This document shows, piece after piece, positions 10,606-19,707 of a stretch of DNA of 64,000 nt. Location: the NCBI GenBank assembly GCA_048939995.1, contig JBHLOY010000001.1, positions 128,001-192,000 of the forward strand, written 5' to 3'. Within the stretch, counting starts at the first letter, position 1, and each line of letters starts with the position of its first letter. The position numbers were made by a program, and so were the translations under genes. This DNA is from Promethearchaeota archaeon. Lineage in GTDB: Archaea > Asgardarchaeota > Lokiarchaeia > Sigyniarchaeales > SOKP01. The notes below the pieces were generated by a model. The model did no database searches, was not told where the DNA came from, and worked only from the letters and a program-made list of their open reading frames with translations.

Positions 10606-11895
10606 ATGAAAAAACAATTCATTGTCGATAATGAAATAACAAATGAATTCGTCGAAACTTATACTAAAACCACTTATCGAATAATTGGGCCACATAGACA
10701 TACAGCAATTAAACCATGCCATTGGTTAGAACAACGATTAATGACAGGGAGAGATAATAGGAATTGTTATAAAGGAGTATTTGGAGTTAAGAGTCACAGA
10801 TGCTTGCAGAATACACCATCATTACCTTTCTGTAATCATCAATGTGTTTTTTGTTGGAGAGACATTGAAATAGGGAGCCTTGGAAGCGAATTTATTGTTG
10901 AACCAGATGATCCAAAAGAATTAATTGAAGAAATGATTCGTCACCACCAAGATATTATTACTAATCACCTCCCATTAAGAAGATATTTAGAAAATTATGA
11001 AATTATGATTGATCTTCTTTATTATATACTAACGGAAAACTCTCAACAAAACATGAACTCACTTTCCAATTCTCTTCAAATAAGCAAAAGTAAGCTTGAA
11101 AGAGCAATAAACCTGTTAAAAAACCAAGAGTTCATAAGACCAGTTAATTCCACCTTAAAGAGTTTTATTTTAGATCAAGAGATTTCGTGTTGTATAGATT
11201 CCAGAGAAGAAGTTGAAATTTTAATTAATAGAGAGTTAACTTCTCCTGATGATATCATGCAAGCTCATAGTGAAGCAATGTATCCAAATCATGCTGCCAT
11301 ATCTTTAGATGGTGAGCCATTATTGTATCCCTTGATGAGTGATCTTATTAAAGAATTTAGAAATGAAAAAATGACCACATTCCTAGTAACTAATGGTACT
11401 CTACCAGATAAGTTAGAAAATTTAATGTCATTACCTAGTCAACTTTATCTTACTTTACCAGCCCCTAATGAAAAGCTGTACAAAAAAATTTGCCGTCCAA
11501 TGATCAAAAATGGTTGGGACAGCATCAATAGAAGTTTAGAGCTATTAGATTCATTATCTTGTAGAAGTTTAGTGAGATTGACAGCTGTTAAGGATTTGAA
11601 TCTCAATGAGAGTTTTATTAAAGATTATACAAAACTAATCGAAAAAGCAAATCCAAACTTTTTTGAGTTAAAAGGTTTTACTCTACAGGCTAAAGCACTT
11701 ATGATTAAAGATAGGCTTAAGACTGATACGCATATCCAGAATTTTTTCCCAGATTACGAATATTTACAAGAAATCGCCCATAAATTTGAATCAATCGGTA
11801 ATTTCCCGTTAATTTACACCAATAAAGCAAGCAGGGATTTCCTTTTTGCTGTTAATTGGAATAAAGATGAAGATCCTTCAATTAAAATCCCATAA
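10606..11895 (+). CDS. taw1: 4-demethylwyosine synthase Taw1/TYW1 (radical SAM) with internal wHTH-like insertion
   Basis: HTAIKPCHW, CYKGVFGVKSHRCLQNTP, CNHQCVFCWR, HAAISLDGEP, TFLVTNGT. Confidence 0.9.
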   Translation: MKKQFIVDNEITNEFVETYTKTTYRIIGPHRHTAIKPCHWLEQRLMTGRDNRNCYKGVFGVKSHRCLQNTPSLPFCNHQCVFCWRDIEIGSLGSEFIVEPDDPKELIEEMIRHHQDIITNHLPLRRYLENYEIMIDLLYYILTENSQQNMNSLSNSLQISKSKLERAINLLKNQEFIRPVNSTLKSFILDQEISCCIDSREEVEILINRELTSPDDIMQAHSEAMYPNHAAISLDGEPLLYPLMSDLIKEFRNEKMTTFLVTNGTLPDKLENLMSLPSQLYLTLPAPNEKLYKKICRPMIKNGWDSINRSLELLDSLSCRSLVRLTAVKDLNLNESFIKDYTKLIEKANPNFFELKGFTLQAKALMIKDRLKTDTHIQNFFPDYEYLQEIAHKFESIGNFPLIYTNKASRDFLFAVNWNKDEDPSIKIP

Positions 11896-11904
11896 ATCCA
11901 TTAA

Positions 11905-12552
11905 TCATTTTAAACTAGCTCGTTTTCTAAGGAAGAAGTAAATAAACTGATTTAATTTGCCAAAATTAATTTTTTTCAAAGCAGAAAATTCTAAAAAAGG
12001 TATTTTATATTTATTTTCATCTCGAAGATAATCGTCAAGATTAATTAATTCTATTCCAAATTCTTTAGCACCTTCGATTAATAATGATATAATCTGTTCT
12101 TTATCTCTATTGGATATTTTATCTATCTTATTAATAATTAATAGAAGTGGAATCTCAAATTCACTTAAAAATTTTAGTAATTCAAAACTCAAGGGAATAC
12201 TTTCTTGGCTTTTCACAAAATATTTACGGAGTTCATCTTCAATTCTTAATATATTAACTACCACCAAGCCAAGAAAATATTCAAAATAATGATTCTCTAT
12301 ATGAATCACTATTTGTTTTTTAATATGTTCTTCCCGCCTTTGACTAGATCGTTCCATATAGCCAAATCCGGGTAAATCAACAATCGTATAAGGAAGATCA
12401 GGTTGGGTAATTCGTTTGATTAGCAAGGTACTGCCAGGCTTTTTACCTGATTTACCTTTATATTTACTAGGTTGGGGTATCAAAAGTTTCGTTATTGCAC
12501 TTTTTCCTACATTTGAATTTCCAATGATTAATAGTAAAGGTTTATCTCTCAT
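11905..12552 (-). CDS. engB: EngB/YihA-family GTP-binding protein
   Basis: GNSNVGKS, KPGST, DLPGFG, NKID, FSAL. Confidence 0.8.
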   Translation of the reverse strand: MRDKPLLLIIGNSNVGKSAITKLLIPQPSKYKGKSGKKPGSTLLIKRITQPDLPYTIVDLPGFGYMERSSQRREEHIKKQIVIHIENHYFEYFLGLVVVNILRIEDELRKYFVKSQESIPLSFELLKFLSEFEIPLLLIINKIDKISNRDKEQIISLLIEGAKEFGIELINLDDYLRDENKYKIPFLEFSALKKINFGKLNQFIYFFLRKRASLK

Positions 12553-12569
12553 AAAATAAGTAAAGTTAG

Positions 12570-13469
12570 TTATATATCCTTAAAATCTTCTTTGAGAAAA
12601 TCTGAAAATATTTTCTTTTTTTCTTCCTCCTCTATAACAGGTTTAGTTATTATTGGTTCTCCTGCTTGTTCTAACAACTCCTTCAATACTTTTACTCCTA
12701 TATTTACTTTAAATTTTCCTCCACTTAGAAACCGAACTACTTGTTTTTCATTTAATGTTAGCCTTAAAATATAACCTAATCCAAAATAAAACTGATGTTC
12801 AGGTATAGGATCAATTGGGCTTTTGCTTGTGTTTTCTTTTAAAATGTCATACAATAATTCTTTACTAGCTATATGATCTTCCGCTTGAAAGACCAAATAA
12901 TGTAGTGCATGGTACCAGACTTTATCCTTTTTTTCTTTTATATAATCCAGAAACTTTTCTGCGGTCACTACTTCCTTTTCTTCCTTGATTCGCCTTTCTA
13001 AAAGCTCTTGTTTGATTCGTTCTTCTAAATCTGAAGATATTATCGATACAGATTGATCCTTTGTTTCACTTGCTTCTTCAGTTTGTTCCTTTTTAACAGA
13101 TTCAATCGCTTCTCGCATATCTTGTAATTCTTCAAAGGGGATTTCTTCCAAATCTGAGAAATCTGAAGCCATCGCTTCCCTTTGAGATAAATATTCATCT
13201 AACTGTCCACTATCAGCTTCTGGTTGAGTTTTTAGCTCTTCAACAATATCTAAATCAGTAATTTCATTAGCAGAAGTTGAAGCCATTTCTTTTACTTTAG
13301 AGATAGCTTGTTGTATATCTTTTAACTCTTCAAGATCAATATCATCTAAATCGGAAAAATCACTTTCGAGGTTTTCCATTTCAGAAAAGTATACCTCTAA
13401 ATCATCTTTTTTGGGCTTTCCCTCCTCTTCTTCTAACTTATCTTCATCTTTGTTTTGATTTTCAGGCAT
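12570..13469 (-). CDS. Hypothetical acidic protein with internal repeat
   Basis: 299-aa ORF; two SDFSDL...EEL.D...AI..VK repeats; folded-looking C-terminal domain. Confidence 0.75.
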   Translation of the reverse strand: MPENQNKDEDKLEEEEGKPKKDDLEVYFSEMENLESDFSDLDDIDLEELKDIQQAISKVKEMASTSANEITDLDIVEELKTQPEADSGQLDEYLSQREAMASDFSDLEEIPFEELQDMREAIESVKKEQTEEASETKDQSVSIISSDLEERIKQELLERRIKEEKEVVTAEKFLDYIKEKKDKVWYHALHYLVFQAEDHIASKELLYDILKENTSKSPIDPIPEHQFYFGLGYILRLTLNEKQVVRFLSGGKFKVNIGVKVLKELLEQAGEPIITKPVIEEEEKKKIFSDFLKEDFKDI

Positions 13470-13653
13470 AATTCAATAAATAAGAAGATAATGCTATGAA
13501 ATCTTAAGGATCCTTAATATTAATAATATCTCTTTAATTCTATAAATTTTAAGATTCTTATAATGAAGAATTATTTTCCATTATGGATTAAAAAACTAAA
13601 TTTAATACAATAAAAATGATTAACTAGATATACCACAAGATAGTGAATTCTAA

Positions 13654-14202
13654 ATGGATGAAATTAAATTCAAAATTGTAGTTATTGGAGATGCGGCGGT
13701 AGGAAAAACTTCATTAATAAGAAAGTATACTAAGGGTGATTTTCAAGAAGACTATATTGCAACGCTTGGAGCCCAGTTTACTCAATATGAAGAGAGAATC
13801 GAGAATGTCAACTTTAAACTAATATTTTGGGATATAGCTGGCCAAGAAGTATTCGAACAAATGCGTAAAAAATTTTACTCTGGAAGTAAAGGTGGAATTA
13901 TTGTTTTTTCACATTCTCCCGAACAACAAAATAGTTTTAGAAATGTAGATAAGTGGCTTTCAGAAATCCGAAAGAATTGTGGAAAAATTCAAATAATATT
14001 ATTTGGAAATAAAATTGATTTGGTGGATGAAAACGAATTGCGCAGAAATGAGAATTTAGACTGTTCTGATCCGAACGTAGAGAAATATGTTAAAGATAAT
14101 GATTTCTTAGGATATTATAAAACAAGTGCATTAACAGGTCAAGGAGTGTACGAAGCTTTTTACGCATTAGCAAAAAGACTACATTCTTTAAAAAATCATT
14201 AA
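13654..14202 (+). CDS. Rab/Ras-like small GTPase
   Basis: GDAAVGKTS, YIATLG, WDIAGQE, GNKID, KTSALTG; no C-terminal prenylation motif. Confidence 0.93.
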   Translation: MDEIKFKIVVIGDAAVGKTSLIRKYTKGDFQEDYIATLGAQFTQYEERIENVNFKLIFWDIAGQEVFEQMRKKFYSGSKGGIIVFSHSPEQQNSFRNVDKWLSEIRKNCGKIQIILFGNKIDLVDENELRRNENLDCSDPNVEKYVKDNDFLGYYKTSALTGQGVYEAFYALAKRLHSLKNH

Positions 14203-14242
14203 AAAAGTAAATATTGTAAAAGAAACAGTAAATTTAAAAAAT

Positions 14243-16495
14243 TTAAGTACGTTTATAGATAAACCTTTCCCAAGATTTTGTGGATGGCATTTCTTCGGGC
14301 ATACCTTTACGTTTTCTGATCTCCAAAATTAGATCTTCTTCTAGAGAGGGAGGAACTTTTTCAAAATTTTTGAATTCATAACCAAAGAAGGCTCGTCCTT
14401 GAGTTGAACTTCTAATTTCATCAGCTATACCCACAATTTCAGCAGCAGGAATCTGTCCTTGAACTCTTACATATTCTCCTTCTGGGATGACATTATTAAT
14501 TCTACCCCTATGTTTACTGATGATTGAGCTTATAGATCCTTCCGTACCTTGAGGTGTTTTTACATCTATTTTTTGTACTGGCTCAAAGAGATGTGGATCG
14601 GCATTTAGCATCGCAAGAGAGAGAGCAGAGTATGTCATAGCTGCTGTTTGGGCAAATTGTGTATGACGTGGGTCTTCGTGAATTACTAAATCTGTAAACA
14701 CAGCTCTAATACCCATTGCTGGTTCTTTTGCTATAATACATTCATCAATCCAATTTCTAAAGGAACTGATAAGATCATTTTTAATTCTATCAAATCTTTG
14801 TAGACCTGTTGCTCCATTTACGAGTAGATTCCCTTTATATACATCAATAATACGTCGTGCTTCTTTTGCATCCCAACCTGCTTTTTCTCTTAATATTTGA
14901 GCACGTTCTTTTTCGTCTTGTAAATCAGTAATATATCCTTCATCAATTAATTCTTCTGTTTTATCATCTAGAGGTTCAACATATAAGATGATTCGATTAT
15001 GTGCGTTAGATGATTTTGTGTTAAACTCTTTACTTCGGTGAGTGATTTTTTCTCTATAAACTATAATAGGTTCTCCAATATCAATCTGAACTTGGTTATT
15101 AATTCTTTTGGTAAGGATTTCAATCTGTAATGGATCGATCCCACTCAAAATATACTCCATTGATTCTTTATTTAATCTAAATTCGGCAGTTGGATCAGCT
15201 TGTAGCCATTTATTGACAACTTCACCTAATTTAGCTAGTTCCTGGGCATCTTTAGCTTTAACACTTCTTGATACAACCGCTTTACAAGCATAATGTATCT
15301 TCTCAAACGTTGGAATTTTTGAAATATCTTCCTTATCTTTCGGAACATTATCAGCATGAATGAAGGTCTCACCTGATGGACAAATAAATCCATATAGAGC
15401 AAATAAGTTGCCTGCTGGAACTCTTGGAATATCTAAAATATCTGTAATTTCCATTACCCCTAATCTTTTAACTCTATTTGAAGTACGGCTTCCGAGAAGA
15501 TAAATACTATCTGTCTGATCGAAAGTTCCTGAAAAAACACGACCAATTAAAGTAGCTTGATAATTTCGTTTGGGATCTAAGAATATCTTCGTAATCATAC
15601 CATATAATGGCCCTTTTGGATCACTTTTTACAAGTGCCTGACCAAGTTCTGAATTTAAATCTCCACCCCAAAGATGAGGAATTCTATACTTCGATGCTGA
15701 GATTGGATCTGGTAAATGATCAACAACCATTCTTAGCATTGGTTCATCAAGAGGGAGGTTATCTCTTAGCCATTGAATATCACCTTCGTTATATTTTTCA
15801 AAAACGGTTACCGGGGTTAGACCTTTTTCTTTTAGAATCTCGTAGGTAAACCCCCAGCCATGTTTTGCTGATCCAACGGCCACACTATTTTTAGCGAAGT
15901 CAACTCCCCAGTCTGATCCCTCAGGTCTTACTTTTTTAATCAGTTCATTCACTTGGCTTGTAATTTCGTCTATCTTTGCGTATGTATCTTTTGGGCTTAA
16001 TTTTAATTCACTTATTAATCTATCAACCTTATTGATAAAAAGTACAGGTTTGCAATATTCTTCTCCAACTGCAAGACGAATATTCGTCTCCGTTTGAGTC
16101 ATAACCCCTTCTAATGCATCAACTAAAATCATAGCTCCATCACTACCTCTTAAAGCTCGAGATACCTCTCCAGTGAAGGAAATATGACCAGGAGTATCAT
16201 TCAATTGGAGGATATATGGCTCATTATCATCAGGATTTCTTTCATCTCTAAATGCTAATAAAACAACACTGGTAAAAATCGTAATACCTCTTTCTTGCTC
16301 TTCATCATCTGAGTCCGTCATTTGGAGTTGTCCAGCATCTTCTGGACGCATAAGACCAGCTCGTCGTAATAAGTAATCGGTAGCAGTGGTTTTTCCATGA
16401 TCGATATGAGCAGTTATACTGAATATTCTTTTCTTCTCATATGAACCAGAAGTCACCAGCTTCGCGATTTCTTCCGGATTCTTTACTTTAACCAT
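14243..16495 (-). CDS. fusA: Translation elongation factor 2 family protein (aEF-2 or Asgard paralog)
   Basis: AHIDHGKTT, ERGITI, DTPGH, NKVD; domains IV and V recognisable; diphthamide loop reads HEDPRHTQ. Confidence 0.9.
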   Translation of the reverse strand: MVKVKNPEEIAKLVTSGSYEKKRIFSITAHIDHGKTTATDYLLRRAGLMRPEDAGQLQMTDSDDEEQERGITIFTSVVLLAFRDERNPDDNEPYILQLNDTPGHISFTGEVSRALRGSDGAMILVDALEGVMTQTETNIRLAVGEEYCKPVLFINKVDRLISELKLSPKDTYAKIDEITSQVNELIKKVRPEGSDWGVDFAKNSVAVGSAKHGWGFTYEILKEKGLTPVTVFEKYNEGDIQWLRDNLPLDEPMLRMVVDHLPDPISASKYRIPHLWGGDLNSELGQALVKSDPKGPLYGMITKIFLDPKRNYQATLIGRVFSGTFDQTDSIYLLGSRTSNRVKRLGVMEITDILDIPRVPAGNLFALYGFICPSGETFIHADNVPKDKEDISKIPTFEKIHYACKAVVSRSVKAKDAQELAKLGEVVNKWLQADPTAEFRLNKESMEYILSGIDPLQIEILTKRINNQVQIDIGEPIIVYREKITHRSKEFNTKSSNAHNRIILYVEPLDDKTEELIDEGYITDLQDEKERAQILREKAGWDAKEARRIIDVYKGNLLVNGATGLQRFDRIKNDLISSFRNWIDECIIAKEPAMGIRAVFTDLVIHEDPRHTQFAQTAAMTYSALSLAMLNADPHLFEPVQKIDVKTPQGTEGSISSIISKHRGRINNVIPEGEYVRVQGQIPAAEIVGIADEIRSSTQGRAFFGYEFKNFEKVPPSLEEDLILEIRKRKGMPEEMPSTKSWERFIYKRT

Positions 16496-16662
16496 TAAAA
16501 GTTCACATTAAGTTAATTCTAATTGATTTAAAATGTTGCAATTGTGAAAAAAAATATGTCAAATCATAAAAATTTTATGTTTTGATTGTATAAATTTGAG
16601 ATCGTTAGAAAATGAAATCAATTTGAATCAACAAAAACTAAAAAAAAGATAAAAATATAATT

Positions 16663-16974
16663 TTAGTCAGAAATGCGTTCTAATTTGAAACAAACAGGTC
16701 GTATTCCGTCTGGACACGCTGTATAGATCATATTCTCTCCAGTCCAAGTAGGAAAGCCCCCACCACGTTGCAAAATAGACACATTTTTATATAATCCAAA
16801 CCAAGCATGATGACAAAAGCCTTCCGGCATATTTGCTGTTTCATCAACAAGAAATTCTCTTCCTTCAGTCATCCCACATTTCTTTATAGGGGTTCCATCA
16901 GGCCGGATAAACTCATAACCGAGTACATCTTCAGGACCAAATTGTTTCACAACTGTGATTTTTACTTTGTTCAC
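16663..16974 (-). CDS. TIGR04076-like Cys-rich small protein, paralog 1
   Basis: KITVVK...C...PEGFCHHAW...CPDGIRPVCFKLERI. Confidence 0.75.
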   Translation of the reverse strand: MNKVKITVVKQFGPEDVLGYEFIRPDGTPIKKCGMTEGREFLVDETANMPEGFCHHAWFGLYKNVSILQRGGGFPTWTGENMIYTACPDGIRPVCFKLERISD

Positions 16975-16981
16975 GATTTTC

Positions 16982-17296
16982 TCAAAACTCCTTAATTCTT
17001 TCTAATTTAAAGCAAACTGGTTTTCTTCCATCTGAACATGAAGTGTGTTGGGTTCCTTCCTCATGCCCATAAAAGTTTCCATTAAAATATAGCACAGATA
17101 AGTCTTTATAAATATCTCGCCATGCCCAACCGCAGAATCCTTCTGGCATTTTCTCGATATGCTCCACTATAAATTCTTGACCTTCATCAAAAGCACTACA
17201 AGAAGTGATCTTTGTACCTGATGTGGAGAATATATCATGCCCAAAAACATCAATTGGGTTGAACTTCCTAACAACAGTAATCTTAATTTTTGACAA
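16982..17296 (-). CDS. TIGR04076-like Cys-rich small protein, paralog 2
   Basis: KITVVR...C...PEGFCGWAW...CSDGRKPVCFKLERI. Confidence 0.75.
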   Translation of the reverse strand: MSKIKITVVRKFNPIDVFGHDIFSTSGTKITSCSAFDEGQEFIVEHIEKMPEGFCGWAWRDIYKDLSVLYFNGNFYGHEEGTQHTSCSDGRKPVCFKLERIKEF

Positions 17297-17405
17297 ACCG
17301 ATAGTTCACCTTTAATTTGAAGTATTTAAATTAATGATTTTTGTTAATATATAGTTTATATTCTTGAACTTCATTCAAGTTTAGAACTGAAAATGAAGAA
17401 AAAAA

Positions 17406-18857
17406 TCATAGAGCCAAAATATAATTTTTCAAGACATAGATAGTTCGTTTAGCACTTCTCGATTTCGCTTCAAATGAGATTGAAACATTTGTAACTTCTA
17501 AATTCTTAGGCATCTTTTCTTTAACAAAATTTTTAATAAAAAATAAAAAATCAACATATTCTCTTTTTGTTTTAACCCATAAATAATGATCTTTTTTAAT
17601 AAAGTCTGGATTTTTTTGTTTAAATCGTTCAGCATGGATTTTCGAAGCCAAAGGAGGTCCTCTTCTTAGAAAAGCTTCGGATATTCTTGGTTTTTCACAA
17701 TAAATAGCCATATTATATTCATTTATCTCTTCTTCGAAATATATTTCAAACTCAATCTGTCCAAACCTATCTTCATGAGTAAACTCTTTTTCTCCATTAG
17801 CTTTAATGCTATTTCCTAAAGAATATAATTTATCGCGATTAATGGTGTAATGTATTTCTTGGTTTTTATTTTTCAATTCGATGATGTAAATGTTTGAAAG
17901 AAATGAATCCTTTTTATTTGAAAGGATTTCTTCAGGTATGGGAAAAATCTGAAACAATTGTTTACTAGGATTTTTTAGAAATTCTAGAATTTTATAATTG
18001 CAATATTTATAGGCTTGTTCTGAAATAGCTGAAGCCACATTTCTATTTTTATCAATAGGATCTATGATAATAAAATAATCATTTTGAAAATGAGTAATTT
18101 CATTTAACTCATCAGAAGGACGCTTAAAATAATCTAAAGGTTTATTCCTTAGAGAATCAAAGTTATTAAACACATTTATTAAAGACTTCAAGTAATAAAT
18201 TAAAAGTTCAGCACTATAGCCAAAAAAACCCATTTTACCGATGACACTTTTATCTCCATAACAATAGCATGCTTTAAAGAATTGTTTTAATAATCTTACT
18301 TCATCTTTTTGAGTATTTGATAGATTTTCCCTAATAAATTTACCATGCCAAGGAGATCTATCAACAGCTGTTATTGGTCCGTTCTGTTGTATATAATCTA
18401 AATCTAAATTGAAATAGAGCACAAGATCAATTTTAATTTTTAGATTATCAGTAAAATAATCAACAGAAACATAGGGGTGTTCAGCATAAAGTAATTGAGC
18501 ATTCTGAAATTCTTTATGGGTTAGTGATTTAATAATCCATTCTTGGCAGAGTTTTAGGAAATCTTTTTTTGATTCACTTTTTAATCTATTTTTTGTTAAG
18601 CCTTGATATTTTAATTTATAAAAATTGTAATCTAAGCCAATAAAAAGATCAATATCATAATCTCCCTGCAATTGAGTCTGTTTAATTCCAGTAGATCCTT
18701 GAGCTTCTATACTAGTATAATGGATATTTTGCTTTCTCGCAGTTTTAGATAGTAATTCTTTTAATTTGATGGTGATAGCGTTAGTTATTTTAATCTCATT
18801 CTCTGTAGGGGTGATTTCCTTAAGTATCTGTTCAAACACTGCTTTAATTGAATTCAT
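17406..18857 (-). CDS. cca: Archaeal (class I) CCA-adding enzyme
   Basis: GS...T.L.GD.DIDLF, YAEHPYV, ITAVDRSPWH, VRLLKQFFK, GF.GYSAELL, IDPID..RNVASA, GPPL. Confidence 0.92.
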   Translation of the reverse strand: MNSIKAVFEQILKEITPTENEIKITNAITIKLKELLSKTARKQNIHYTSIEAQGSTGIKQTQLQGDYDIDLFIGLDYNFYKLKYQGLTKNRLKSESKKDFLKLCQEWIIKSLTHKEFQNAQLLYAEHPYVSVDYFTDNLKIKIDLVLYFNLDLDYIQQNGPITAVDRSPWHGKFIRENLSNTQKDEVRLLKQFFKACYCYGDKSVIGKMGFFGYSAELLIYYLKSLINVFNNFDSLRNKPLDYFKRPSDELNEITHFQNDYFIIIDPIDKNRNVASAISEQAYKYCNYKILEFLKNPSKQLFQIFPIPEEILSNKKDSFLSNIYIIELKNKNQEIHYTINRDKLYSLGNSIKANGEKEFTHEDRFGQIEFEIYFEEEINEYNMAIYCEKPRISEAFLRRGPPLASKIHAERFKQKNPDFIKKDHYLWVKTKREYVDFLFFIKNFVKEKMPKNLEVTNVSISFEAKSRSAKRTIYVLKNYILAL

Positions 18858-18921
18858 TGATTTAAGAGGTTAAATTTTCTAATTAATAATAAACTTCTAT
18901 TTTTTTTTTAATTTAATTATT

Positions 18922-19644
18922 TTAACCTTTGATTGTGCTAATTGAGATTTGAATTTCATTATAAAATTCTTTTATATATGCCCGAATTAATTTAGCTTTT
19001 GATTCAATTTCTTGTTTATTACTCCCAACCCCTTTAATCTCATCTAAACGTTCCATCCAGAATCCTTTATAAATATGTTCAGAGTCTTGGAACTTGATTT
19101 CCAATTCTTGGCAAAGCAATTCAATGTTTTCTTCAATGACTTCATTTATTGAAGTGTTTAAAACAATTGTAACCATAAGAATTTCCTTATTCCCCCAGGA
19201 CCAATCAGAATCTATTTCGAAATAGTAATTCATCGAAGAGAAAAATACCGTTTGATAAGTAAAAAATTTTTCTTTTATTGCTGGTTCAATGAGATTACTT
19301 GCATTGTATTTTTCTCTCTCGGTAAACACATCTTCTGGGTATGAATAAAAAATAAGTGGTCCTTTTTTCCTATGAAAATATGTAATTATAACTCCTAATT
19401 TTGATGATACTTTTGCTTCTGGAATTAGAATTAGACTGTATGAAGCGTCCGGATTTATTAATTTGTCTTCGAGATATACTTTACTTATTGTAAATTTAGC
19501 TCCATTCTTATGTACACGAATCATTTGACTTCTGAGTCCTAATCCTCCATATTTTTTTGCTTCTAAAATTATCCTATTTCTATCTTTTTCGTGCATTATT
19601 TCCATTTCATGAAATGAAATAAATATTATCATATTTAAATGCAA
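18922..19644 (-). CDS. Hypothetical protein: AbrB-like N-terminal segment + longin/uDENN-like domain (true start probably 19605 or 19596)
   Basis: FTISKVYLEDKLINPDASYSLILIP, then GVIITYFHRKKGPLIFYSYP and NYYFEIDSDWSWGNKEILMVTIV. Confidence 0.55.
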   Translation of the reverse strand: MHLNMIIFISFHEMEIMHEKDRNRIILEAKKYGGLGLRSQMIRVHKNGAKFTISKVYLEDKLINPDASYSLILIPEAKVSSKLGVIITYFHRKKGPLIFYSYPEDVFTEREKYNASNLIEPAIKEKFFTYQTVFFSSMNYYFEIDSDWSWGNKEILMVTIVLNTSINEVIEENIELLCQELEIKFQDSEHIYKGFWMERLDEIKGVGSNKQEIESKAKLIRAYIKEFYNEIQISISTIKG

Positions 19645-19707
19645 CGAACATTTAAATGAAAAATAAATGAACAGAAAGTGTACAATAGAGAAAATAACTT
19701 AGATAGG

